Notes under the pieces: model-generated | What the model saw: the letters and a program-made list of their open reading frames with translations, nothing else | Database searches by the model: none | What the model was told of the DNA's origin: nothing | Assembly (NCBI GenBank): GCA_963726875.1 | Contig: CAVSDU010000012.1 | Location: 20,323-84,322, forward strand | Direction: 5' to 3' | Source: an uncultured Actinomycetota bacterium | GTDB taxonomy: Bacteria; Actinomycetota; Actinomycetes; Mycobacteriales; Mycobacteriaceae | Length of the DNA stretch: 64,000 bases | Part shown: positions 48,761 through 64,000 of the stretch, in pieces | How positions within the stretch are numbered: position 1 is the stretch's first letter | How the letters are laid out: each line of letters starts with the position of its first letter | Translations under genes and position numbers: made by a program

Positions 48761-49957
48761 TCACCGCATGTCCCGGCGGGCCGACAGCTTCGACGACAAC
48801 CCGTGCACGTAGACGAAGCCCTTGGCCATCGACTGGTCGAAGGTGTCGCCCTCGTCGTAGGTGGCCAGGTTGAAGTCGTAGAGCGACTCGGCGCTGCGGC
48901 GGCCGTTGACGGCGATGTGGCCGCCGTGCAGGACCAGACGTACCTCGCCGGTGACGTGTTCCTGGGTGTTGGCGACGAAGCTCTCCAGCGCGATCTTCAG
49001 CGGCGAGTACCACAGCCCGTCGTACACCAACTCCGCCCAGCGCTGGTCGGTCTGTCGCTTGAACCGGCCCAGCTCGCGTTCCAGGGTGACGTGCTCGAGT
49101 TCGGTATGGGCAGTGATCAGCACCATCGCACCCGGCGCCTCGTAGATTTCGCGGCTCTTGATGCCGACCAGGCGGTCCTCGACGACGTCGAGGCGTCCGA
49201 CGCCCTGCGCACCGGCGCGGCTGTTGAGCTCCTCGATGGCCTGCAGCATGGTTACCCGGTTGCCGTCGATAGTGACCGGCACGCCCTTTTCGAAGCCGAT
49301 GATCACCTCGTCGGGGGTGTTCCAGTTGACGGTGGGGTCTTCGGTGTAGGCGTAGACGTCCTTGGTGGGCGCGTTCCACAGATGCTCGAGGAACCCGGTC
49401 TCCACGGCGCGGCCCCACACGTTCTGGTCGATGGAGAACGGCGACCGCTTGGTGACGTTGATCGGGATCGCGTTCTCCTCGGCGAACGCGATCGCCTTCT
49501 CCCGCGTCCACGCGTAGTCACGCACCGGCGCGAGCACCTCGAGATCCGGTGCCAGCGAAGCGAATCCGACTTCGAAGCGAACCTGGTCGTTGCCCTTTCC
49601 GGTGCAGCCGTGGGCGACGATGCTGCCGCCGTGTTCGCGTGCGGCGGCCACCAGGTGCTTGGCGATCAGCGGCCGGCTGATGGCCGACACCAGCGGATAG
49701 CGGTCCATGTACAGCGCATTGTTGAGGATGGTGGGCAGGCAGTAGCCTTCGGCGAACTCGTCGCGGGCGTCGACGACGACGGCCTCCACGGCGCCACAGT
49801 CCACTGCGCGCTGGCGCACCACCTCCATGTCCTCGCCGCCCTGGCCGAGGTCGATCGCCACCGCAACGACCTCACGGCCGGTCTCCTTGCCTATCCAGCT
49901 GATGGCCACCGAGGTGTCCAGACCGCCGGAATACGCCAGGATGACGCGCTCTGACAT
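48761..49957 (-). CDS. argG: argininosuccinate synthase
   Basis: [24 protein letters not shown] and KSREIYEAP. Confidence 0.97.
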   Translation of the reverse strand: MSERVILAYSGGLDTSVAISWIGKETGREVVAVAIDLGQGGEDMEVVRQRAVDCGAVEAVVVDARDEFAEGYCLPTILNNALYMDRYPLVSAISRPLIAKHLVAAAREHGGSIVAHGCTGKGNDQVRFEVGFASLAPDLEVLAPVRDYAWTREKAIAFAEENAIPINVTKRSPFSIDQNVWGRAVETGFLEHLWNAPTKDVYAYTEDPTVNWNTPDEVIIGFEKGVPVTIDGNRVTMLQAIEELNSRAGAQGVGRLDVVEDRLVGIKSREIYEAPGAMVLITAHTELEHVTLERELGRFKRQTDQRWAELVYDGLWYSPLKIALESFVANTQEHVTGEVRLVLHGGHIAVNGRRSAESLYDFNLATYDEGDTFDQSMAKGFVYVHGLSSKLSARRDMR

Positions 49958-50010
49958 GAACAGTTCTCCTTTTGCTTGAGCAAAGTCTGCAGTGTATTTG
50001 AGATCTCGGT

Positions 50011-52613
<2,603 letters not shown>

Positions 52614-52617
<4 letters not shown>

Positions 52618-53497
52618 CCCGCCACCACCTTGGTGCCGGTGCCCGCGTCGGTGAAAAGCTCGACCAATACGCAGTGTTCGACTCGCCCGTCGATGACGTG
52701 CGCGCTGGGCACGCCGGCGGTGACCGCGCGCAGGCATGCCTCGACTTTGGGGATCATGCCCGCCTCCAGGCTGGGTAGCAGTTGCGCCAGTGTGGCCGTA
52801 TCGATTTCGCTGACCAGTGACGTGCGGTCGGGCCAGCTCGTATACAGACCCTCGACATCGGTCAGCATCAGCAGCTTTTCGGCGCCCAGCGCCTCGGCCA
52901 GGGCCGCCGCGGCGGTGTCCGCGTTGATGTTGTGCACCACCCCCTCGGCGTCCGGCGCCAGCGTCGATACGACCGGAATCCGCTTGGCGGCAATCAGATC
53001 CAGTATCGCCGCGGTATTGACGAGGTCCACGTCCCCGACCAGGCCGATGTCGGTGTCGACCCCGTCGACGGTGACGCTGCGCCGCACAGCGGTGAACAGT
53101 TGCGCGTCCTCGCCGGTGATCCCGACGGCGTACGGCCCGTGCACGTTGATGAGGTTGACCAGTTCGCGGCCTACCTGGCCGAACAACACCATCCGCGCCA
53201 CGTCGAGCACTTCTGGTGTGGTGACCCGGAATCCGCCTTTGAAATCGCCTTCGATGCCGAGTCGGCGCAGCATGGCGGTGATCTGCGGTCCGCCGCCGTG
53301 AACCACGACGGGGTGCACTCCGCAGTTGCGCAGAAACGCCATATCGGCGGCGAACGCTTGGCGCAGCGACTCGTCGGTCATTGCGTTGCCGCCGTACTTG
53401 ATGACGACGATTTTGCCGTTCAGCTGTTTGAGCCAGGGCAGGGCCTCGGCCAGCACCTGCGCTTTGGTCTGGGTGGGAGGTTTGTCGATGTTCATGG

Positions 53498-53501
<4 letters not shown>
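52614..53501 (-). CDS. argB: acetylglutamate kinase
   Basis: KYGGNAM, HGGGPQI, NINAD and GMIPK. Confidence 0.97.
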
Positions 53502-55798
<2,297 letters not shown>

Positions 55799-55894
55799 GC
55801 GGACGACCGCTCGCGCCGGAGCCGTCAACCCCGATCGCGCATGCCGGCCCCTATACGGTGCCGCACAGCTATTCGGCTAAACATCCTTCAGCAA

Positions 55895-57740
55895 CTACGC
55901 CGCGGTGTTCTGGTACGCCATCGATTGAGCAACCTGCTGAGGCAACGTGTTCAGCAGGAACGGAAGGATACCGCCAAACTCCGTGCCGCCAAGCGGGATG
56001 TTGATATTCGGTAGACCAGGAATGCCCAGAGCCTGGCTCAGGGGCACCGTAGCCGAAATCGGGTGCGGCGGAACCAGCAGACCGGTAAGGGGTAGATGGG
56101 CAATCGTCGGAATGGTGATGGGGAGTGGCAGAAGAGGCACGTCGATGGTCACAGTCACCGGCAGCGGCTGATCGAGCACGACTTCGCCATTGAGAAAACC
56201 GTCGAAAATGAAGGCCGGTGTGTTGCCGATCGCGTTCGCCGCGCCCCATAGGTTGCCGGTGGCCATCGAGGTCGAGAATGCCGTCGCACCCTCCGCTAAC
56301 CCGTTCAAGCCGGCGAACGGCGGACCCAATATCGCGAAGCCCAGTTGCAACGGCAAACCGAAGATCGCCTGGCCGGCGAGACCGCTGGCGGGCAGATCCA
56401 ACAGGTTCAGAGTCAAGGCGAAATCTGCCGAGACGCCTGCGTTCGTGAGGGTGTTGATCCCGTTGGCGAAGTTCTGCGCCATCATGCCAGGGATCGAGCC
56501 TGCCGGGATCAAGCTGGTGGCGCCCTGCGCCTGCTGGCCGATGGCGGTGAGGATGGGCAGCAACGCTCCCGCCGGGCCCTCCACCCCGATCGGTCCCGAG
56601 ATCACGAGCGCCGGTGCCACAAATCGGTACGTCGACCGAAATCCCCAGTCCGCTGGTGTCGAATCCGGTGATGAAAAGATCGACGAGAGCGTGGGAGCTG
56701 TACTGCACCGCTTGCGGATATTGGCCCTGCTGTATCGCCATGCCCGCCAGGTTCAAGTCTCTCTGGAACGTGGGGAATGTCTGCTGGATGCCTTGGCCGA
56801 ACTCCGACAGCTGCGTCCCGAGTGTGCTGTAGAAGCCGGTCGTGCCTTTAACGAACGCCTGAACTCCGACCCCCGGGTTGATCTTCGAGGCTTCCTGCAC
56901 GCCAAGTTGGATGTTCGCCGGCACGTTCGCCGGGAAGCCCTGCAGGTTGAGTGCGAGCGCATTCCCCGCGAGCTGCGCGTAGTGGGCCTGGTTCACGGCG
57001 ATCTGGTTGAGGATCGGGAACGGTCGATAGTTGGCGCCGAGGTCGCTCAAATTCCTGACAGTGTTTTCGAACAGGACTTGATACGGGTTGGGGTAGGCAG
57101 CAGCAGCAACCGCGCCGGTCGGAGCGAAGAACAGATTCTGCAGAGAGGTCCCGATGCCGCCAAGGATCGGGCCTAACTGCCCAGTGGCCCCACTCAGACT
57201 GCTGAGAGCCGCGGTAAGGGCGGTAGGAGACAGGAGTGCGGGCAGAGAAGGCAATACGAAGTTGACGCCGCCTAGGTTGAGTCCTCCGGTTCCGCCGGTG
57301 ACCGGACCGAGTAGCCCACCGAGCGCACCCAGCCCACTGGTCGTGGTACCGCCGCCGGTCGTCGTACCGCCGCCGAGGATCCCGCCCAGCAAACCGCCGA
57401 AGGGGTCGGTGGCGGCGGGCGCGGCACCGCTGGCGCCACCGAGCAGGACCTGCTGCGCGTTAGCGATGTCGGCGGTCAGGTAGGCCGCCGCGCCTCCGTT
57501 GAGTAGACGCACGAATTCGGCATGAAACGCGGCCGCCTGGGAGTTGACCGCTTGGAATTCCTGCCCGTAGGTGCCGAACAGCCGTGAGATCGCTGCGGAG
57601 ATTTCGTCGGCGGCCGCCTGGGCAATCCCGGTCGTCGGAGCTGCAGCAGCCTCCGCGGCCGCACCGATCGACGATCGAATTCCTGCCAATTGTCCGGCCG
57701 CCGCCGTCATCAATTCCGGATCAGCGATGACAAATGACAT
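55895..57740 (-). CDS. PE protein with a short Gly/Thr linker and a unique C-terminal domain (apparent frameshift near 56630)
   Basis: MSFVIADPELM...AAADEISAAISRLF; the C-terminal domain contains FGLPL...GFLNGE. Confidence 0.88.
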
Positions 57741-57915
57741 ATTCAACTCCCGTCGAACTGCACCCGATGTACGCGCGAATCTACCCCTTGGTGAAGAGAC
57801 TCAAACGTCGACTCGGTGGGTGAAATGAGGAACTGGTCACGCCTCGGCAGAACGCGCAATTCCGGGTGCCACCGGCTGTCGGGGCGACAGCGCGATGCAC
57901 GACCGATTGGCGGGA

Positions 57916-60485
57916 CTACGCGATTGCGTTGGCGAGCTGCGCGGGCGCGTATGTCAACAGGGCAGGAATGATGCCGCCGGCCGGCGTACCGGCGAGGGGA
58001 AGGGTGATCGGCGAACCCAACACCACCGCTGTGGCAGTAAACGGCCGCAGCGGCGATAAGATGCCTCCGACAGGAATGTTCGCGGTCAAAGAGGTCACTC
58101 CCGGAATCGGGGCTAGTGACGGGGGCAAGGGCAGCGGCAGGGTGGTCTCGCCATTGAGGAAGCCATTGGCGACGTTGGCGGGCGCACCGACTAGTGCAGT
58201 CAGTGCCGCCTGCACATTCCCCGCCTGCATAGCGTTGATAAACGTCGTCGTGCTATCACCCAGCGCCGTGAGCGTGGTGATTGGCGAACCCACCGCGTCG
58301 AGTGCCATTACCAGCGGCAATCCGAAGGTCATCTTTAGGGTTGGAATGTCGAACGCGATGTTGGTGTCCGTAAGCGTGGTGATGACGTTGGTTACGTTCT
58401 GCGACAAAGCTCCGGGGATGCTCAGGGGCGGCAGCAAATCTCCGAGCGTGCCGACCAGCTGAATGTTCGACAGGTCGGTCGCGTCGAGCCCGTTGTAGAA
58501 GACCTTGATCAGCGCCTCCCCAAGTACATTCACGGCGGCACGGGTATTGCCCGCGGCGAGGTACTGCAGAGCCGTCGGCAGGACTGGGGGTATTCCAGCC
58601 AGCCCGATGGCGAAGTCCCGGGTGGCGTCGGTCAAGGCCGTGAAGGTCAGCGACCCGTACTCGAACTGGTTGGTGAGGAACTGCTGCAGCAAGGGAGCAG
58701 GGTTGGCGCCGAAGGCGGTACCGATGCCCCGCAGATTGGTCACCGTGTTGTTGAACAGGTCCTGATACGGGCCGACGACGGGAAGGTCGCTGGCCGCGCC
58801 GGGGAAGGACACCGCGGCCGCGCCAGGCGCGCCACTCTTGCCGAATGCCCCGCCGGAGCCGGGCGCCCCGCCGGTTCCGCTGGCCCCGCCCGGAGTGCCA
58901 CCGGTGCCACCGGCGCCGCCGTCACCGCCGTTACCGAAGACGACGGCATCGCCGCCGGTTCCACCGTTCCCACCAACTCCGCCGGTGCCGGTCCCGGTGT
59001 GCGCACCACCGGTGCCGCCCGCGCCACCGTGGCCCCCGTTACCAAGAAGGAAGCTGTTGCCCCCGGTACCGCCGGCTCCACCCGTTCCACCAGCCAGGTT
59101 GTTTCTCTGGGTGGTGCCGCCGGTCCCGCCGGCCCCACCATCGCCGCCGTTGCCATACAGCAGACCGGCGCCGCCGCCGTGACCACCGATGCCACCGGTA
59201 CCGCCCGCGCCGCCAGTAGGACCGCCGGTGTTGGCTCCGCCCGTGCCGCCGACGCCACCGACGCCTCCGTTACCGAACAGGCTCGCAGTGCCGCCGACGC
59301 CACCAGCGCCGCCATTGCCGGCGTTGGTCGCGGCGGAGGACGTAGCCCCGCCGGTACCTCCGGCTCCACCAGTGCCGCCGCCCCCGTAGAACAACCCGCC
59401 ATTACCGCCGGCTCCGCCAGCACCGCCATTGCCGGAATTCAACAGCACGATTGGGGCCGATCCGGTGGCGCCGGCACCGCCGGCACCGCCGGTGCCCACC
59501 AGCCCGACGTTGCCGCCTGCGCCGCCCGAGGCGCCGTTGGTACCGAGCGCGGCGCCGCCGGCACCGCCGTTGCCGACGAGGGTGTTGCCACCGACACCGC
59601 CTGCTCCGAAGGTGCTCGACCCTCCTGCGCCACCGTCGCCGAAGAACGCGTTCCCGCCGGCACCACCTGCGGCCGTCGCACTGGACGCCGCCGGCACCAC
59701 CGTTGCCGAACAGCCCACCGTCCGCGCCCGCCAGACCAGACCCAGCGCCCGCACTGCCACCGTTACCGAAGAAAACCCCAGCCCGGCCCGCGGTGCCACC
59801 GGTCGGCCCGCTGCCGCCGTTGCCACCGTCGCCCAAGAACACGGCGTTGCCGCCGGCCCCGCCGGCGCCGGTCCCGTTACCCGCCCCTCCCGCTCCGCCA
59901 TTGCCGAACAGCAACCCGCCGGCCCCGCCGGCGCCGCCGGCCGCATTCGTGCCGCCGGCCCCGCCTATTCCGCCGTTGCCGATCAGCCCCGCGGCTCCGC
60001 CGGCACCGCCTGCGCCGCCAGTGGGTCCGCCGGCCCCGCCATTGCCGCCATTGCCGTACAACAGTCCACCGGGCGCGCCGTTACCCCCGGCGTTTGACCC
60101 GGTGCCCGTCCTGCCCGTTGGCGCCGTTGCCGATCAGCGGTCGTCCCAGCAGCGTCTGGGTGGGTGCGTTCACCGCGTCGAGCACGGACTGCAACGGCGA
60201 TGCACTGGCGGCCTCAGCGGCGACATAAGCTGCCGCGCCTCCGTTCAGCAAACTCACGAACTCGGCATGGAACGCCGTCGCCTGCCTATTGAGGGCTTGA
60301 AATTGCTGACCGTAGCTGCCGAACAGTTGGGAAATCGCGGCTGACACCTCGTCGGAGGCGGCCGCCACCACGCCGGTCGTGGGGCCTGCCGCCGCGGCGG
60401 CCGCCGAACCCAGTGCGGTGCGAATACCTGCCAGATTGTCAGCTGCGGCGGTAACCAATTCCGGAGTCGCGACCAAGAATGACAT
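57916..60485 (-). CDS. PE_PGRS protein with a unique C-terminal domain (PE_PGRS30-like architecture; apparent frameshifts near 60095 and 59690)
   Basis: [28 protein letters not shown] repeats, and an approximately 290-aa non-repetitive C-terminal domain. Confidence 0.9.
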
Positions 60486-60713
60486 TGCCCAGCCCCTCGC
60501 CTCGATGCAAAGTTAATCCCGGCGCAACGCCGAGGAAACGGAGCCTAACGGGGCGGAAACTAGCGCGTAGGAAAACGCGCGATTTTCAAAGTGTTTCTTT
60601 GACTCCGGCGACTGGCTCCGGAAGCACCAATCCTTGGGATGTATCCGGCACGGCATGCAGCGACTTGGGACGCGCACTGAATCGTGGGCGTCCCAAGTCG
60701 GAGTGAATCGGCA

Positions 60714-62234
60714 TCAATTGAAATTGAGTGGCGGGAAATCAGGGGACGAGGCGCCGATTGCAGCTGCGAGGCTTCGGGGCAGGAAGTCCAGCAGGCTCGG
60801 CAGGATGCCGCCGAGCGGCGTGCCGGTGACTACCGAGTTGAAGACCACTCCCGGCCCGAAGAGACTGCTGCTGTCGACCACCGCTCCGTAGGGTGCGGCA
60901 GGAACGAGGATCCCATTCAACGGAAGGTTGAGGGTGGTCGGGAAGGTCGCTCCACCGAGGTCGACATTGAGTAAAAGGGGCAACGTCGTCTGGCCGTTCA
61001 GGAAGCCATCCGCAAAGGCGCCCGGAGCATTGAAGAACTGCACTGGCGGCCCCCAGCGCGTTTCCGCTCTGAAGTGCGCTGGCGAATGTCTGCACGCTGG
61101 TGCCCAGTGCACTCGAACCCGTTGACCGGCCCACCAAGTGCGTCAATGGCCAACGCCAGCGGCAGACCCATGTGGGCATCAATCGTGACTCCAAGCCCGA
61201 GCGGGTTGTTCGAGTCAAGGACTAGGCCGACCGTTGACGTGACGCTGGTGTCCGTGAGCGTCTTGACCACGTTCGTAAAGTTCTGCGACATCTGGGCGGG
61301 GATCGAACCGGCGGGTAGCAGGTCGGTGAAATTCTGCGCCATCTGTCCCGGAATGGAGAAGATCGGTAACAGGTCTCCCACGGCGCCCGTCGGCGTGACG
61401 GTGATGATGCCGCCATCACCTGTCACGGTGCTGAAGCCCGAGAACAACGGGTTCAAGAACCCGCCACCGATCAACTTCAACCCGCCGGTGATGTCACCGA
61501 CCGCGAAGGCCTGGTTCGCGGCTTGGAAGCTGGCAGGCAACGCGACCGAACCCCGTGACGAGGTCGTGGCCGGCGTTCTGCAGGGAGGTGCCGATCAGAT
61601 TGGCGTAGCCGATCTGGTTGTTGACGATCCCTCCCAGCACCGCTCCCGGGTTGGACATGGCGAGTGCCTGGATCGCTCCCTGGACGTTGGTCGGCACATT
61701 CGCCAAGCCGGCGGGAAGGTTCTGGACGGCGTTGGCAAATCCCGTCGCGATCGTCTGCCCGTAGCCCGTCTGGTTGCTCACCAACTGGCTCAGGAACGGC
61801 GCCGGGTTCGCGGCAAGCGCACTGCTCAGGCTTTGCAGATTGGCGGAGGTGTTGGTGACCAAGGCCTGGAACGGGCTGGCTACCGCCTCGGCGATCGGGT
61901 TGAGACCCTGGAACAGCGAGGGCGCCGTGGCCGCAGTCAGCAAGCTCTGCGCACCAGCCGCCTCAGCGCTCGCATAGGCGCCCGCGCCGGCGTTCAACAG
62001 CCCGACGAACTCGTCGTGGAATGCCGCCGCCTGCGCACTGATGGCCTGGAACTCCTGTCCGTGCGCGCCGAACAGTTGCGCGATCGCCGCCGAGACCTCG
62101 TCAGCGCCTGCAGCCAGCACCGACGTCGTCGGAGCCGCGGCCGCCGAAGTCGCCTGGCCCAGAGCCGAGCTGATCCCGGCCAAATCCTGGGCCGCCGACT
62201 CGACCAACTCCGGCGCCGCGAACACGTACGACAT
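60714..62234 (-). CDS. PE protein with a unique C-terminal domain and no PGRS (apparent frameshifts near 61545, 61110, 61040)
   Basis: MSYVFAAPELV...AAGADEVSAAIAQLF with a GAGGAG RBS; the C-terminal domain contains MGLPLALA...GFLNGQ. Confidence 0.85.
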
Positions 62235-62541
62235 ATCCATCTCCTCACTAGCCCGTTAGTGACCGGCGGTCATCTGCCGCCAAAGATGAATTCAAACCTA
62301 TATCGCACGCGTGTGCAAAAAGCTCAGCCGATTTATAGCGTCTTCGAACTAAGCAGGCAGATGGCTTATAGGGCTCGACCAGGGATGATCATGAAGAGCG
62401 ATAGTTTGCATCTAATTTTGGTATCGTCCGCCTACTCGCCCGAAGCTCGCTATCGGTCACAAGCAGGTGTGCGGGTTACCGCCTTCCCGGCAGTGAACAG
62501 GTCAAGGCAGAAGTGGCAGCGCGTGGCGCCAGAAAGATCTA

Positions 62542-63231
62542 TCAGCGGCGCAACGCGCGCACTTCGGCGAGGAACTCGCGGCGCAGATCGGCGTCCGCGA
62601 ACTCGCCGCGCCAGACCGTCGTCGTCGTCCGCGAATGCTCCTCGACCCCCCGCACATGTGTGCAGAGATGCGAGGCTTCCAGGTGCACCGCCACGCCGCG
62701 GGGTTCGATCAACTCGCTGAGTCCATCGGCGATCTGTTCGCCGAGGCGCTCCTGGACCGTGAAACGGCGCGCGAAGAGCCGGACGAGCCGGGTCAACTTC
62801 GAGATACCGATGATTTGGTCGCCCGCGATGTAGCCGATGAACGCGGTTCCGAAGAACGGTAGCGCGTGGTGTTCGCAGAGGCAGTTGAACTCTATCGGTC
62901 CCTCGATGACCTGTGCGGGCGCGGCTTCGATGCCCTTGCCATGCTCGGTGGGGAAGCTCGTCGCCAGTTTGGGATCGCCGTCATATCCGGCAGTGATGTC
63001 GTAGAGCGCCTGCAGGAACCGCCTCGGAGTGTCCCGGGTGCCCGGCGTCTCCAGGTCCATCCCGAACGCGGTGAAGATCTCGGCGATTGAGGACCTGAAC
63101 CGCTCCCACTGCGACTCGGAGATTTCCCGAGTCGGCGTTTCGAACCAATGAGTAGACAGGTTCGGCGTGATCGCCCCGGCGGCCCCCGCCATCTCGATCA
63201 CGTTGTCCGGGTGGTTGGCCAAGTTCTTCAT
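62542..63231 (-). CDS. folE: GTP cyclohydrolase I family protein (divergent FolE paralogue)
   Basis: TRDTPRR, CEHHALPFFG, GISKLTR, VQERL and HLC (zinc ligands present). GAGGAG RBS. Confidence 0.9.
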   Translation of the reverse strand: MKNLANHPDNVIEMAGAAGAITPNLSTHWFETPTREISESQWERFRSSIAEIFTAFGMDLETPGTRDTPRRFLQALYDITAGYDGDPKLATSFPTEHGKGIEAAPAQVIEGPIEFNCLCEHHALPFFGTAFIGYIAGDQIIGISKLTRLVRLFARRFTVQERLGEQIADGLSELIEPRGVAVHLEASHLCTHVRGVEEHSRTTTTVWRGEFADADLRREFLAEVRALRR

Positions 63232-63477
63232 GCAGACTCCTCGCCGACGGCGCCGGAAAGTCGGTTGGGTCCGGCTCCCGCCGGAGAATGTTACGCGCGT
63301 AGCTGGAAACTCTCAGCAAACTGACGAATTAATTTACGCAGCTGTCCAGGCCGCGCGGAACGCCCGAACCGTTGCTCCCGGCCGCCGCAAATACCCATGC
63401 CGACACGGTGTTATGGACCAGCCACCCGCTGGCAAGGGATGGGCGGCGCGTCACAGAACTTCCGGTCGCCCACCGTG

Positions 63478-64000
63478 TCAGCTACGCAGCTCGGCGCCCA
63501 CCCGCTCGGCAGCGCATCGCACCGCCGCATCACGGGCCGCGGTGGCATCGTCCTCGGTCAGCGTGCGATCGGGCGCCCGGAACCGCAGGGCGAACGTCAG
63601 CGACTTGCGGTCCTCACCGATCTGCGGGCCGACGAAAACGTCGAACAACTGCAGGTGTTCGAGCAGTTCACCTGCCCCTTCGCGCACTGCATCCTCGACC
63701 GCCTGCGCCGGGACGTCGTCGGGCACCACCAGGCTGACGTCCTGGAACACCGCCGGGAACGGCGACACTCGCGGCGCGGGCGGTACCCCACCGACGGGAA
63801 CGGCGTCCAGGTTCAGCTCGATCGCGCAGGTCCCTTTCGGCAGTCCGGCACGTTCGACCACGGCCGGATGCAGCTGCCCCGCATGGCCGATGACGGCGCC
63901 GGCGGCGAGAATTTCGGCGCACCGACCCGGATGCCACGGCAGGTGCTGGGCGGCCCGCAGCGTCACGTCCACCCCGCTGGCGCGCGCGATGATCCGTACC
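63478..64000 (-). CDS. pheT: phenylalanine--tRNA ligase beta subunit, 3' end
   Basis: WHPGRCA, GQLHP and the ferredoxin-fold anticodon-binding domain LFDVF...[17 protein letters not shown]. Confidence 0.96.
   Translation of the reverse strand, partial: VRIIARASGVDVTLRAAQHLPWHPGRCAEILAAGAVIGHAGQLHPAVVERAGLPKGTCAIELNLDAVPVGGVPPAPRVSPFPAVFQDVSLVVPDDVPAQAVEDAVREGAGELLEHLQLFDVFVGPQIGEDRKSLTFALRFRAPDRTLTEDDATAARDAAVRCAAERVGAELRS

Noticed and set aside
58800-60100. Repetitive GC-rich tract as a CRISPR array or tandem repeat element
   Set aside because: It is the PGRS Gly-Gly-Ala coding repeat. No spacer structure or cas genes are present.

Overview
This is a high-GC window from a slow-growing Mycobacterium (PE_PGRS/PPE genes present; species not determinable here). 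It is syntenic, in reverse, with the M. tuberculosis Rv1650-Rv1708 region: pheT (partial), argCJBDFRGH, pks10-pks7-pks8/17-pks9-pks11, cyp139, ABC-F, Rv1683-Rv1688, tyrS, lprJ, tlyA-ppnK-recN, steA-steB, pyrG, xerD and parA (partial). Many genes, including essential ones (pyrG, tyrS, ppnK), carry single-base frameshifts, which most likely reflect uncorrected long-read errors. The main accessory feature lies between lprJ and tyrS and looks like a minimal thioamide RiPP locus. It consists of an unlisted 25-aa ORF with a clear RBS (MAHEILFCETENAYSAPAFHATDAE, 13372-13449), an 18-bp terminator hairpin, and translationally coupled ycaO and tfuA genes, with TfuA carrying a long uncharacterised C-terminal extension. 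Other accessory items are a cobalamin-riboswitch-led PPE2-like gene out of its usual context, a divergent extra folE, three tandem PE genes sharing a C-terminal domain, and a truncated bile-acid:sodium symporter remnant. Orthologue names come from recalled protein motifs and synteny, not from database searches.
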